Assembly (NCBI GenBank): GCA_030390025.1
Contig: CM059433.1
Coordinates: 62,620,001 to 62,684,000, forward strand
Reading direction: 5' to 3'
Source: Squalus acanthias
Taxonomy: Eukaryota
Length of the DNA stretch: 64,000 nucleotides
In this document: piece after piece, positions 12,846 to 26,128 of the stretch
How the letters are laid out: each line of letters begins with the position of its first letter
How positions within the stretch are numbered: the first letter of the stretch is position 1
The notes under the pieces: model-generated
Seen by the model: the letters and a program-made list of their open reading frames with translations, nothing else
Told to the model about the DNA's origin: nothing
Databases searched by the model: none
Program-made: the position numbers and the translations under genes

Positions 12846-14726
12846 CTCGGTGCTAAGGTTCCACCAGTGCCTCTGATAATTTCTCAAGTCCCTTACCACT
12901 TCTAATTACCCATGATAAACTGCTCCACACCTACCACCTCTAAAAGATTGAGGAAAAGATTGAAACTGAAGAAAACTGAATGATAGAGGAATAAAAATAA
13001 ACTGGAAATGAAACAAAAAAAATGATTTCGGCCATTCTGCATCATCATCTAATAAACTCTTCCTAATCCAATCCCCCTCCCTAAATCATTTTGGTCTGGC
13101 TTGCTTTTTATATTATGGCTTTAAACCTTTAACTCAGTGTTTTCTACATTTTGTCAGTTTCTTTCAGTCTCTTATTTGTTCCACTTTACTTCCTCTTCAT
13201 ATTGGTGCATGTTTTCTATTATTTTACATGTTTATTTCTATTTCTTAGTTGATTTTCTATTTTCTGTTTCACTTTTTTTCCAATACATTTTTAATCTTTT
13301 TTTTGTAGCCAGAGAATTTTTCATATTTTCTGCTGCTCTTACTGACAACAATGAAAGATTCTTTCTGGCAAAACTATCTTGGATCAAATGTTCATTTAAA
13401 ATGATGTAGATAATACAAAATGAGGTATATTTTCCTCTGTCCACCACCGCTGCCCCCATAGAAGGAAAGGGCCTTGTAGCGGTTTCCTTTCCCTCCATTT
13501 TGCCCCAGCACTTGCCTGTTCAAGGCTCCACTCTCAGCTCTGCTGAGGCCTTCAGTGGAAAAGTTCCTCCAATCTCGGGTCTCTTTTCTGCCCATTTAAC
13601 GCTGCTTCGTGGTGCTTCGGGGCAGTCCCGCTACAGAATCGCCAGCATTTCCACCAGGACGATTGGCAGGCTCCATCTTGGTGGGCATCGCACTGGGAGC
13701 CTGCCATGCATTGGAAATGACCCCTGACCCAGGGTGAAGTTGAGGGAGGGGAGCAGACAGATATGCCGCCCCACTACTATTCCGCTTAAAGGGATTCCAA
13801 GCTGATGTGCCTTTACTGAAAATAATAGCGCAGGTGTACTACATGAATATGATGTGCTTTTTTTTCGACTATGTAAACTAGTGCACCATGGTGTTTCTAC
13901 TTTGTTACTGCACTCAGGTTTACAGATTGCCTGTGCGCAAAGAGTAATTTACACTCTTGGTGGTTAATATCCTACTTAAACACTGCTCTCCATCACGTAG
14001 CTAACACTGTGCATTATTCTTCTTTATTAAATATAACTATTTGTCTGAATTTCTAGCCTTAAAACAACACTGCAGTACATGAAGTGGTGATTGTGGCTAA
14101 TGGACATACGTCCTCTATACATTGTTATATGGGTAGCTCTCTGCATCGCACCACAGAATAAACTATGGTCCCAATTGTTACAAAGTTTGTAATACTGCAA
14201 TTCCCACTGTATTACAACAAATGCTTGTTTATATTTGCTTTCTTAAGAAGTTAAAATTTCCCTAATACATGCATATTTTCAACAAGAACTTAATTCCATT
14301 TGCAGCACAGAGCATTTTTATTTTCAACTGGCTATTTAAATGTCTCAAACTTAATGCATTTTTTCTTTGTTTTACTAATCATTTGCTATCCCAAATATGT
14401 CCAATAATGGCAGTACATCACACAACCAATCCACTTCTCATCCTTGTGTAGGAGGGGAAAAGATATCAAGTATTAGTGTTTCAAAACCCTGAAGATTGTG
14501 CAAGGAAGGGAAGCTTAATGGCATTTATATCATCTCTTATATGCCAGGAGAGCAGTGCTCAAGTGAGACCATGATGCAAGAGCATCGCTATTTAAGTTTT
14601 TCCTTTGCAGGGTACCACCAGTCCTTCTTGGCCCCTCAGAATGGCAAAGAGGAAGGAGGCCTCTGTTTTGCACTGACTCCAATAACAGCTATCAGAACCT
14701 ATGCAAACTTTGGCTATGGGACACAT

Positions 14727-16491
14727 GGGCTGGGAAATTGGATCCATTTGCGCCAGCCATTAAGGCCAGTTTGGAAGTAAAAATGGCGACCGCCTTGCTT
14801 CCACCCACTTACGACGCAGAACACTGCGGCCACCATTTTGGGCAGTTTGGCAGTGCTGCTCTTGTCTGTGCTCACTTCAGATATTTAGATGAGCCAGACA
14901 GTGACGTCAATTGGTGTACAACACTGAATTGGCGCACGATTTGGTATTTTGGCCGTCGCCGCTCTTATTAACGCCCTCTCCAAAGCACACATGGCAGAAC
15001 GTGCATGCAGCAGTACGACGGACCCGCTACCAGCGATTCTTAAAGGGACACATGCAACTTTCAGGCACGTTTAGATTTTTGCCTTTTGTACTGGTTTCTT
15101 GACATTTTATTGGAGTAGTGGCATCCTCTTGGCCACAGTGCTGAAATAAAAGCCACCACAAAGCAAACTTTCCAATCCAACTTTATCCATATGTGCATCC
15201 AATATTACCTCAAAATATCAACTAATCACCCTTGTGCATTCCCTCAGTGACTGTCTTGCGTGTGCCTTTGTGTATCCTCTTACGCAGTGCTTCCCCAGTG
15301 GCTGCAGCATGGCTGGTGGAAGGTTGCTGACTTTCAGTGGGGGACACTGCAGATGGCCTTGAGGACAGCCTCGAGGAGCTGGTGGCTGGGAGTGTGAAAT
15401 CAAGTGATGGTGTTTCTTCTTCTTCACTCTCCTCTTCCTCTTCTTGTTGACCCACTGGCTGGGCAGGCTGGATTTCTTGGGTGTCTGAAATGAGGAAGGC
15501 ACAAGAGTAGGGTTGTGGTGAGGGGAGGGTGGGAAAGCAAGAGCTGCATGCTTACACCATGTGCAGCTTGTAAATTTAGAAGCTATTGTGGGATGAGTGG
15601 GAAGTGAGATGTGCGAAGGAGGATAACGCATGAGGATACCAGCATCTTAGAATCTTTCAGCCCCGCTGCTGGCCAAGAGCTCAGCCATGCCCCTGCCAAG
15701 AATGGCCAGCACCGTCTCCTCCAAGGGGGTGAGGCCAAGCTAGGAATGGGAGGTGTGCCTCGTGTTTGGTAGAGAGATTGTTGGTAGGTGAGTGATGGGG
15801 GGAGTTGTGCTTTGAGCAGTGTGTGAGGCTACTGGTGCAGTTGGTAGGAGATGGCTTTTGAAGATGCATTCACTGACCTTGACCACTCGTTTGAGGTCAT
15901 GAATCTTCTTTGGGCACTGGAGACAGGTCCTGGGGGTGACACTGCTGGCAGTGACCACCTCGCCGATCTGGTCCCACATCCTTCTTTATGGAGGGCCTCC
16001 TGGCCCCGTGGGTAGAAAACCTCTCTTCCAGTGTTCACCCCCTGCACAAAGCTTGAGTGCTTTGTCCGAGACCCTGGGTGCCTTTTCCCATGCCTGTTGA
16101 GCCATTTGTGTCAGTTCTGAAGCACTTTGACCATTTTTGATCAGCAGAAGGCAGCTCACCTTTAGGAGGTACAGACTGCCTAGTGCTGAAGCATTTTTTT
16201 AATTTTTCACCTTAGAAGGCAGCTCACTTTTAAAAAGGTGCAAACTGCCTTTAAGAGGAGCAGACTAAGCTTCAAGTAAAGCTAGCCTCGCTCGAACAAC
16301 ACGAACGTCGGCCCCCCTGCTGAACACACAGCCTGTCTGCAGCGTGTTCAGCACTAGGCTGTGCGCTGCATTCATTATAATTAGCAGGCAGCACAAAGTT
16401 GACGTGCTGCCTGCTCTTTTTGAACGGGTGTTGGCATATCTCGCATCGCAGTGCCCTTGCCCGTTTTTTAGCGGCATCGAATTACTAGCCC
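14727..16491 (-). mobile_element. Non-autonomous Harbinger derivative retaining only a compact Myb/SANT gene (minus strand)
   Basis: Ends gggctgggaaattg / cgaattactagccc flanked by AT(G); MWDQIGEVVTASSVTPRTCLQCPKKIHDLKRVVK|gtcagt; acidic exon EEEEESEEEETPSLDFT; homologous to 22038-24005. Confidence 0.8.
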
Positions 16492-16819
16492 ATGGAGTTT
16501 ACCTCCTTTATACTGTTGGATGCCTGTAATGACATATATGAGTATTGTACACCTACTGCCAATGACACACTACCAAGATAAAACTACCTTTGGGGAGGTA
16601 AAGAGTTTCACAGTTTCAAAGTCCTGGGAATGAATGAGTTAGAAAGAATTAATTATACATGCAGGGAAGTCTGACCAGTTAGTTCTGTTAATACCATGTA
16701 TTAACCTGTATAATTTATTCTCAACTTCACTGCTCATCACATGAAGTATTTGAAGTACACCACAATTAGAACATAACCGTCATTGATGAGTCGTGGTTCA
16801 TGTTGAAACTAATGACTTA

Positions 16820-17478
16820 AGGTGGCAGGACAAATTGATAAGGCTGTTAAAAAAGCATATGGTATCCTTGGTTTTATAAACAGAGTCAGAGTATAAAAGC
16901 AAAGAAGTTATGCTAAAACTTTACAAAACACTGGTTTGGCCTTGGCTGGAGTATGGTGCCCAATTCTGGTCACCACTCTTTAGGAATAATGTCCAGGTCT
17001 TAGAGAGGGCACCGAGGAGATTTACTAGAATTGTACCAGGGATGAGGGACTTCAGTTATGTGGAGAGATTGGAGAAGTTGATATTGTTCTCTTTCGAGCA
17101 GAGAAGGTTAAGGGGAGATTTAATAGAGGTATTCAAAATTAAGAGGAGTTTTGATAAAGTAAATAAGGAGAAACTGTTCCCACTGGCAGAAGGGTTGGTA
17201 GCCAGAGGAATATAGATTTAAGAGGTAATTGGCAAAAGAACCAGAGGGGAGACTAGGAGAATTTTTTTTAATGCAGCGAGTTGTTATGATCTGGAATGCA
17301 CTGCCTGTAAGAGTGGAGGAAGCAGGTTCAATAGTAACTTTCGAAAAGTAATTGGATAACTATTTGAAAAGGAAAAATATGCAGGGCTATGGGGAAAGAG
17401 CAGGGGACTAATTGGGTAATCTTTCAAAGAGCCGGCACAGGCACGATGGGTCGACTTCTGTGCTGTATGATTCTATGA
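16820..17478 (+). mobile_element. CR1 LINE 3' fragment
   Basis: MLKLYKTLVWPWLEYGAQFWSP...RRLRGDLIEVFKI; tail tgtatgattctatga. Confidence 0.88.
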
Positions 17479-17680
17479 CAGAACAACAAATAGAATTGAG
17501 ATCCTAAAAAGGGAGTTTCAGCAATTAAGAGATTGATTGAAGAACAGGATTTTCAGCATAGTAATCTCACGATTACTCCCAGTGCCACATGGAAGCGAGT
17601 CCAGCAAAAATAACGGAAGGGAGGAAAATATGGGCTGAAGAAATGGTGTAGGAGGGAAGGGTTCAGATTCCTGAGACATA

Positions 17681-19138
17681 GGGGGGAATTTTAACCTAAA
17701 AAACACACGGGTGGGTTGGGGGCGTGTGGGAAGTTAAAGTGTTAAAAATCTGAATCTTGACCTGAACCCGCCTCCAACCCGCCCACTTCCGGTTTTAATG
17801 GAGGCAGGCAGCCAACCCGCTCCCAGGAGGCAGGTCGTCTATTTAGGTATTATAATGAGGCTGGAAGCCTCTGCTTTAACCTCCATCTTGAACTTAACTT
17901 TAGCTGGTCGCAGGCCTCGTGAAACCCACCAGCTTAAGCAAGGCGAAGACTGCTGGATCCAGGAGTTAAGTGCCTTTACACTTACCTCCTGAATCTAGTA
18001 TCCCTACCTAACCCACCCACTGCAATCAGAGACTCCCCGCAACGAGGCCTCCGATCCCCCTCCCCAATTCTCCGATCCCCACCACGACGCTTCCCCTCCC
18101 TCTAAGCCTTCGATTCCCCCCCACCCACCTCCGATCCCCCTCCCCAGTCCTGCGATCGCAACGAGTCTTCCCCCCCAGGCCTCCAATCCCCACCACGTGG
18201 CCTCCCCCACCCCATGTCCTTCGGCCCTCCGATGTCGTCTGCCTACCCCCACTGCTCTCCTTCCCCCCCCTGCCACTGCTCCTCTGGCCGCTGATCTTTG
18301 CTGACCACCTCCCCCACCCCCCACGCTGGTCCCGGCCGCCCGATCTCGTCAGACCGCCCCCGCCACCCCCCCAACCTCCCACCGGGTCCTGGCCGGCGAT
18401 CTCTGCCTCCCCACCACTCCTCTCCCCGGGCTCATCCTGGCCCATGATCTCTGCCTTGCCTCCCCTTCCCGCCGTGCTAGTCCCACCACCCGATCGCTTC
18501 CAACACCCACCTCATGCGCTGAATGCTCTTGACAGATCGGACGCCTTCCCTGGAGAAGGGCCTCTGCGGGCAGAGAGTTCTGCTTTCTGCAGAACCTCCA
18601 CCCGCCGAAAACCCTTAGAAATCTTACAGGTGTAAGGCCTGCTTTTACCAGCATAAGAGTTGAAAAAAAGTTTTTAAAAAAAATTTCCACTCATTTATAA
18701 TTGAAAAATACTTATAAAAAAGGTAAATTTATTTTTAGCCCCGTAAAAAACTTTATTTATTTTTTTCAAAAAATTAAATTGGTTTAAAATATTTAATTTA
18801 ATGTAATTTTAACTCATTTTAAAAATGTGATTTAAAAAAAGTTATTTAATGTTATCGTGTCTTTTTGGGGTGATCTCCATTCATATATTTGACAGGTCTA
18901 TCTGTCAAAAGTATGAAGGGAGATTCCCTTCTCCTATTGGCTGGCCTGGCCCACGTGATCCCAGGGACGCTTGCGAACTGCATGCGCCCCTGGGATACGT
19001 GGGCCCTGTGCATTTCGACTGTGGAGAGGCCCAGGAGCAGAAGTGTCCGGACCGCGGGAGCCCTCAGGTAAGTTTGTAGATTTTTTTCCGATAGGAGGCA
19101 TCCGCACACAGGAAGCCTCCTATCGGAAATTACGGGCC
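17681..19138. mobile_element. Chimeric Harbinger-type MITE: left end from the 36560-36991 family, right part from the 53495-54234 family, joined by a C-rich degenerate minisatellite
   Basis: 17681-17990 is the reverse complement of ~36650-36991; ~18530-19138 is the reverse complement of 53495-~54120 and ends in TIR atcggaaattacgggcc. Confidence 0.75.
18005..18500. repeat. C-rich degenerate minisatellite (ctccgatcccc-like unit), G-quadruplex-prone on the minus strand
   Basis: Recurring ctccgatccccc / cttcgattcccc / ctccaatccccc units and many C3-C8 runs. Confidence 0.7.
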
Positions 19139-19460
19139 ATTATCTTGAAAACTTCGATCAAATCATCCTTAACCTTCTAAATTCCAGGGTGGTCTAACCA
19201 GGGTTTTGTATTGCTGCTACCCGTTTGTATTCCAGTCCTCTAGATATAAAGGCCAGCATTCCATTAATCTTTTTGATTATTTTCTGTACCTGTTCACGAC
19301 ATTTTAATGATCTATGTACCTGGACCCCCAAGTCTCTTTGGACCTCCACTGTTTTCAGCTTTTCACCATTTAGAAAGTACCCTGTTCTATCCTTTTTAGG
19401 TCCAAAGAGGATAACCTCACATTTGCCACAGTTTTGCCCATTCACTTAATCTGTCGATAT

Positions 19461-19974
19461 AAGAACATAAGAGCAGAAGAAATAGGAGCAGGAATAGGCC
19501 ACTTGGCCCCTCGAGCCTGCTCCGCCATTCAATAAGATCATGGCTGATCTTGGGCTCAAAGTCACTTCCCTGCCCGCTCCCCATAACCCTTCACTCCCTT
19601 ATCTTGTAAAGATTTGTCTATCTCCACCTTAAATGTATTTCATGACCCAGCCTCCACGGCTCTCTGGGGCAGAGAATTTCACAGATTTACGACCCTCTGA
19701 GAGAAGAAATTCCTCCTCATCTCAGTTCGAAAAGGGCGACCCTTTATTCTGAAACTGTGCCCCCGAGTTCTAGATTTCCCCACGAGGGAAAACATCCTCT
19801 CTGCATCTACCTTGTCGAGCCCCCTCAGTAGGTTATATGTTTCAATAAGATCACCTCGCATTCTTCTAAATTCCAATGAGCCCAACCTGCTCAACCTTTC
19901 TTCATAAGTCAACCCCATCATCTCTGGAATTAACTGAGTGAATCGTCTCTGAACTGCCTCCAATGCAAGTCTTT
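19461..19974 (-). mobile_element. 5'-truncated CR1 (HER1-like) nested in a CR1
   Basis: EAVQRRFTQLIPEM..RRMRGDLIETY..FFSQRVVNL; tail read as ataagaacataag on the + strand. Confidence 0.88.
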
Positions 19975-20092
19975 CCCTTTGTAATTTTATGCTTTCATCT
20001 ACATTGCCTACAATTCTGCCTATCTTTGTGTCATTGGCAAATTTGGATATACGGCTTTCTATGCCATCATCTAAGTCATTAATAAATACCGT

Positions 20093-20609
20093 GGGGGGAA
20101 AATTGGGTTGATTTGCGCCTCTTGTTAGTGCCCCTAACGCCCGGGTGCAGAATTGCTAACGCCTCCCGCAAAATTCAGCGGGAGGTTAGTGGCGGCGGTA
20201 GCGTCCCGCAGCGCTGTGCCGGCGGCGATGACATCATCACTGTGCGCAGCGCCCCGGCCACAAACTTCCCTTGCGCCCCTACCTATTGAAGGACGATATG
20301 TCCAACAGGGTCAGGGGGGCGTTTTTGCAGCCGCCGCCACGGTAGTAAAAGGGGCAGGTGTCGGGCGGACATTTTCTTTGGCTGACTGCGAGCACCTGCC
20401 CCCTTCCCCTTCCCCTTTTTACCTCGGGGTTCCGGCCAGGCTATTTTCACAGCACCTCGCTCCCCGGTGGAGTAGCAGGGCCTCGGTGCGCGCAGCACTA
20501 GGTAGCGCTCCACCTCCTGCTTGGGGTGCTACAACTGAATTTCAGGCGGGGGCGCGAGGCACCCCGGCGAGGTTAGCTCCCCAAAAGGGACAACACCGAA
20601 TTTTTCCCC
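20093..20609. mobile_element. GC-rich Harbinger-type MITE
   Basis: TIR gggggaaaattgg / cgaatttttcccc; GT(G) duplicated; removal restores the host CR1 frame; 5' end similar to the 49439 element. Confidence 0.82.
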
Positions 20610-22037
20610 GTGAATAGCTGAGGCCCCAACACAGATCCCTGCAGGACACCACGAGTCACATCCTGCCAATTAGAGTACCTACCCATTATCCCAAATCTCG
20701 GTCTCTTGTCGCTCAGCCAATTTCCTAACCAGGTCAATAATTTGCCTTCAATTCCATGGGCTTCTACCTTAGTTAACAGTCTCTTAGGAGGGACTTTATC
20801 AAATGCCTTCTGGAAGTCCATGTAAATAACATCCATGGACATTCCCCTGTCCACTACTTTAGTCACCTCCTCAAAAAATTCAATCAGGTTTGTCAGGCAT
20901 GACCAACCTTTCACAAATCCATGCTGCCTCTCTCTGATCAACTGAAAATTTGCGAGGTGTTCAGTTACCCTATCCTTTACAGACTCGAGCAATTTCCGGA
21001 CAACAGATGTTAAGCTAACTGGTCTATAATTCCCTGGTTTCCCTCTCTCGCCATTCTTAAATAGCAGAGTGACATGCGCAATTTTCCAATCTAAAGGAAT
21101 GGTTCCTGAATCGAGAGATCATACTTCTACTGTTCCTTATTCCACTTTCTGAAAACAAGAATTATGGTGTCAAAGTGAAAAGTGAAGCAATTACCACATA
21201 GCTTGCGCCTAAAAGCATGATGATAATAAAATGTCTGCAGGCACCTTGGTGACACTCAATTTTGAATTAATCCCCAGGTTTTCTATATCTTCTAATTCTT
21301 TATAAAGGAAAAGGTCACCCACAATCAGCGGCAATGAAGTGCCATCGGTGGAAGTACAACAACCATCGGGTCCTTAAATAGGTATAAGGAGGAAGCTTTA
21401 CAACTTTTCAGCAAACAGACCGGGGAGGCTGCAGGAGATCCGTCAGGTTCAGGTTGGTAATGGGATGGCTCGCCTACAATACTGCAAGTGGTTCCATCTT
21501 CAGACATTCGTACTAATTGAAAGGCCGACGATCATCGTACGGTAAGAGTACACTTTTCTGAAGTGAGTGGCCTTTGTGACCTTCACAGATGTTGGCCTTT
21601 AACAGAAAGAAGGATCTGATGAGCAGTCTGGCAAGTCCACAGCGCCATTCCCGCACCCGATTCACCAACTCCGTCACGGTACCTTCCCAATTCCAGCACC
21701 AACTCAGATACACCCGCTGGGTAGGAAGTAACTCGTGAGAGAGGGTATATCGCAGGATGATGGTGAGCAGGAGGAACTGGAAGAGATGATGAGGAACCAG
21801 GTGGTTGAAGGAAAGGGAATAAAGGGATACAGGAACATGGTGGGCACAATGGTAGGACTATTACTCATGTGGAGGATAAACACGAACATGGACTGATTGG
21901 GCTGAATGGCGTGTTTCTGTGCTGTAACTTCTATGTAATATTGTGTTTCATTTGTGTGAGTCAGGTACAAATTGCCCAGAGCAGCAGTGTGTATCATTTT
22001 AGGGGTCTCTTGCATAATTACGAATGCTAAATCCAAT

Positions 22038-24005
22038 GGGCTAGAAATTCAACATCGGTAAAGACCTGCCGGTGCCACTGTGGGCCGATGTTAATAGCTG
22101 GCAAAAATGGTGGCGTTGGCAGGACCAGTAAAGTGGCGCTGCTAGCTAATTAACATTAGCCCAGCGCTAAACTTACTGTGCAACGCCGTTCTGGTGGCAA
22201 GGCTGTCATTTCAGAAAGCAGTGCGGACCCATAAAGGGGAACTGCCTTCTAAAATCTTTTTAAAATAGGCAGTTTTTAGCCATTACAGCTCAACTGCCTT
22301 CTGAAAAAAAAATGAAAAGAATTCCCAAATGGCAGTCTTCAGCTCTTAAAACTGAATTGCCTTTTGCACCTAAGAAAAATGGGAGAAGTGCTTCAGCACT
22401 AACACAAATGGCTCAGCAAGCAAGGAAAGGGCATGCAGCACTCCAGCTCTGTGCAGAGGGTCAACACAGCAAGAGAGGTCCTCTAACCACAGGGGCCAGG
22501 AGGCCCTCCACAAAGAACGATGTGGGACCACATCACCGCGGCCATCACTGCAAACAGTGTCGCCCCCACCACCTGGATCCAGTGCCCAAAGAAGATTCAT
22601 GACCTCAACCAGTGGTCAATGTCAGTGAATGCATCTTCAAAAGCCATCTCCGACGAACTGCACCACTAGCCTCACATACTGCTCAATGCACGACTCCCAC
22701 CCCCATCACTCACCTACCAACAATCTCTACCAAAGACGAGGCACACCTCCCAATCCTAGCCTCACCTCACCCCCTTAGAGGAGACGGTGCTGGCCATTCT
22801 TGGCAGGGGCATGGCTGAGGCCTTGGTCAGTGGCGGGACTGAAAGAATACAAGATGCTGGTATCCTCATACGTTATCTACCTTCTCGCATGCACCTCTTG
22901 CTTTCCCACCCTCCCCTCACCACAACTCCACCCTTCTGTCTTCCTCATTTCACACACCCAGGAAATCCAGCCTGCTCAGCCAGTGGTTGACCAAGAAGAG
23001 GGAGAGGAGCGTGAAGAAGAAGAAGAAACACCATCACTTGATTTCACAATTGCAACCACCAACTCCTCAAGGTCGACCTGCAAGGCCATTTGTAGTGTCC
23101 CCCACTGAAAGTCAGCAGCCTTCCACCAGCCATGCTGCAGCCACTGGGGTAGCACTGAGTGACATCAGTAGGATAAGCAAAGGCACACACAAGACAGTCA
23201 CTAACGGAATGCATAGGGGTGATGAGTTGATTTCTTGATGTCCTATTGGATGGATAGATGTATTGAGTTGGATTGGAAAGTTTTCTTTGTGGTGGCTTTT
23301 ATTTCAGCATTGTGGCCAAGAGGACGCTTTGATAGTCAGTAACAGAGGGAAGGTAAGGTAAGGTGTAGGACAATGTTGAAAAGGGAACTGGGGTTGTTGT
23401 CACTGGTACTGCAGGCAGATGATTCCATCCCAGATATCCCAGCCAGAATGAGGCTGTCTGGGTTGCCTCCTTCCTTCCGCTTCCTCCCCCTCCCTCTGCG
23501 AGCAGATGTTGGAAATCTGAAATAAAAACATAAAATGCTGGAAATACTCAGCAGGTCCGGCAGCATCTCAACCTGAGATGTTAACTCTGTTTCTCTCTCC
23601 ATGGATGCTGCCTGACCAGCTGAGTATTTCCAGCATTTCCTGTTTTCTAAGAGGCCTTCCTTTACCATCCAAGGCCTTGCAAACATCCAGCAGCACTCCC
23701 TGCACACTTAAAAAACTTTTAACATGTATTGCAGCAAGCCACTACTTCAATAAAATTATAAAAAATCCAGTCGAAAAGCTTAAATGGAAACTTACTTGAA
23801 AGATGTGTGTGTCCCTTTAAGAAGTGCTGACAGCATCTCGGTCAGTCTACTGAACGCTTGCGCAGCGCTAAGATCGAAGTTTGCAGAGCGTGCCGTTAAG
23901 TAAATTTTTTATTGAAAGGCAGTAAGGACTGAAAGCTGCATTTTTTTTCCACTACATTGTAATTTTTATTAGTTCTGAATGCATTGCCCCTTTAATTCAT
24001 AGCCC
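22038..24005 (+). mobile_element. Non-autonomous Harbinger derivative with compact Myb/SANT gene, inverted relative to 14727-16491
   Basis: Left TIR gggctagaaattc; ~22400-23330 aligns by eye to the reverse complement of ~15120-16110; right end taattcatagccc is tentative. Confidence 0.75.
23500..23648. mobile_element. Fold-back Penelope-like 3'-tail fragment inserted in the Harbinger derivative
   Basis: aaatgctggaaatactcagc..ggcagcatc paired with gatgctgcc..gctgagtatttccagcattt; same tail as 59660-59730. Confidence 0.7.
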
Positions 24006-24269
24006 CTTTAATTGCCCACAATGCCTTGCGAACTCCACAGCCTCGCTCCCAGTCTGTAAGAAGCTGCAATGCCGACTTTGGACAGGAACTTCGGGTCGGA
24101 GGTCTCCATTAATGCCACCAGGATGGCCTTGCATGGTAATTTAGCGCTGCGCTGCACATCGCCAACCCCCAGCACGAATTTTTGGCCAGTAGCGCTGCGG
24201 CCATTAACTCGAGTTGCCAGTGACACCTGCAATTCTCTTGGCGTACACAAATTTCACCGCCCCCCCCCA

Positions 24270-25135
24270 TCCCCCAAAGTGTCCTCCTCACAGCTTACTT
24301 TCCCACCGAGCTTTGTCTGGTCAGCAAACTTGGATACATTACACTCTGTCCCTTCATCTAAGTCATTAATATAGGCCCCAGTACTGATTCTTACAGCACT
24401 CCACTATTAACAGTCTGCCAACCTGAAAAAGACCCATTTATTCTTACTCTCTGTTTTCTGTCCTTTAACCAATCCTCAGTCCATGCTAATATATTACCCC
24501 CAACCTCATGAGCCCGAATTTTTTGTAACAACCCATTCATATCATAGAATCAGAAAAATTTATGGCACGGAAGGAAGCCATTCAACCCATCGTGTCTGTG
24601 CCGACCGAAAGAGAGATATCCAGCCTAATCCCACTTTCCAACTCTTGGTCCAGAGCCTTGTAGGTTCTGGCACTTCAAGTGCATATCCAAGTACTTTTTA
24701 AATGTGATGAGGGGTTCTGCCTCTACCACCCTTTCAGGCAGTGAGTTCCAAACCCCCACCACCCTCTGGGTGAAAAAAGTTCTCCTCAACTCCCCTCTAA
24801 TCCTTCTACCAATTACTTTAAATCTCAATTAAGTCTACCCTCAGCCTCCTCTGTTCCAAAGAAAATAACCCCAGCCTATCCAATCTTTCATCATAGCTAA
24901 AAGTCCTGGCAACATCCTCGTAAATCTCCTCTGCACCTTCTCCAGTGCAATCACATCTTTCCTGTAATGTGGTGACCAGAACTGTATGCGGTATTGTGGG
25001 ACATCTTATCGAATGCCTTCTGAAAATCCAAATATACTATATCCACTGGTTCCCCTTTATCTACCCTGCTAGTTACATCCTCAAACAACTTTAATAGATT
25101 TGCCAAACATGATTTCCCTTTCATAAAACTATGTT
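24270..25135 (-). mobile_element. CR1 fragment with a nested CR1 3' fragment (~24538-24995)
   Basis: Reverse-strand KFADQTK, INDLD, FQKAFDK pieces; nested piece FFTQRVVGVWNSLP with tail read as atcatagaatc. Confidence 0.8.
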
Positions 25136-25319
25136 GCTATGATACTCAAACGCCCACCTTCTGATCCAAAGGCAAAAGCATTATTAATTGTTGCAAGCTG
25201 ACACACAAAAGGATACTTGAATTAAGTACTAGTATATAGTTCATAGGTTTGTAACGTCGTCATGGATGCAAAACAAAATCCTAAAATGCAACCAGATTCA
25301 ATGGCATTGCATCAGTGAC

Positions 25320-25570
25320 TCAACGGCAAGACCTTCGACCTCACATATTTGTGAAATCTTTTCCAGCCACACATTACAGCTGAAACTATTGTTTCTCTAA
25401 TTCTCGATTACTACTTATTTTCCACCAGCAGAAGCCAATTCTTCAGCCTATATGCCCATATCCTACGGCATTCACTCGTTTTCTTGCTCCTTGAATTTGT
25501 ACCAAATCAAAATTCTGTCCATCAGCCCTCCTGCAAACTCCCTGCTCAGCATCCACCTCCCCCTCATAAA
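25320..25570 (+). mobile_element. Old L2 fragment, continuing at ~29363-29700 after MITE and LINE insertions
   Basis: ctcgattactacttattttcc (RLDY.N..-like) and, in the downstream piece, ctacactg..ccctgtcc and aaaatacttatc (LHWLPV/KIL-like). Confidence 0.5.
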
Positions 25571-25571
25571 G

Positions 25572-26128
25572 GGGTCTAATATACTGAGGTCGATTCCAAC
25601 CCAGAGCAAGTTTCAGGCAGGTGGGGGCCAGGGTGAATGCGAAACGCAGGCCCAGGGTATTTAAACTCCCTCATTTAAACACTGCTGGTTAACTCTTCAC
25701 CTGCAACAGGTGGGAAAAGGGCGCAGAGCGGTTGTCGGCAGAGGAAGATCGAGTGGCCCCAAGCTTCCCGTCAGGGGTTTCTGAAGGATCTTGCGAGCGA
25801 GAGTCCAGGAGGCCGCGACTTTCCTCATGGGGCATGGAGGAGCATTCCTGCTCCTTCTGACTCACAAAGGAAAGTTTCACACTTACCTTGGGCGGCCTCT
25901 TTGTCATTCCCTCCAGCTGCCAACCTGCTTCAGCCTAGTGGGAAAGTTGTGGCGGCTTTGGATGTCATCGGACCCTGATTAGCATTTATGTACGAGGCTC
26001 CTGCCCGAGCCCAGTGGGCGCCTCAGCCTCCGGCAAAACCAGCAGTGTTAAAATCGGAGATCGGTGGGAATGGAGCGGGAAACAGAGCTGCTCCATTTCT
26101 GTCCAGTAGGAAGAGTTAAAATTTCCAC
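25572..26128. mobile_element. GC-rich Harbinger-type MITE (degenerate)
   Basis: GC-rich island ending gttaaaatttccacc; shares the ggagcattcctgctcc hairpin with the 50598 and 62877 elements. Confidence 0.55.

Larger units (their letters stand above)
19140..21117 (-). mobile_element. CR1 LINE RT fragment interrupted by a CR1 (19461-19974) and a MITE (20093-20609)
   Basis: QHGFVKGWSCLTNLIEFF, YMDFQKAFDKVP, GVLQGSVLGPQLFT|VFINDLD rejoins across the MITE; KCEVILFG, QRDLGV. Confidence 0.9.

Noticed and set aside
18004-18445. Gly-rich ORFs on the minus strand
   Set aside because: By-product of the C-rich minisatellite inside a MITE
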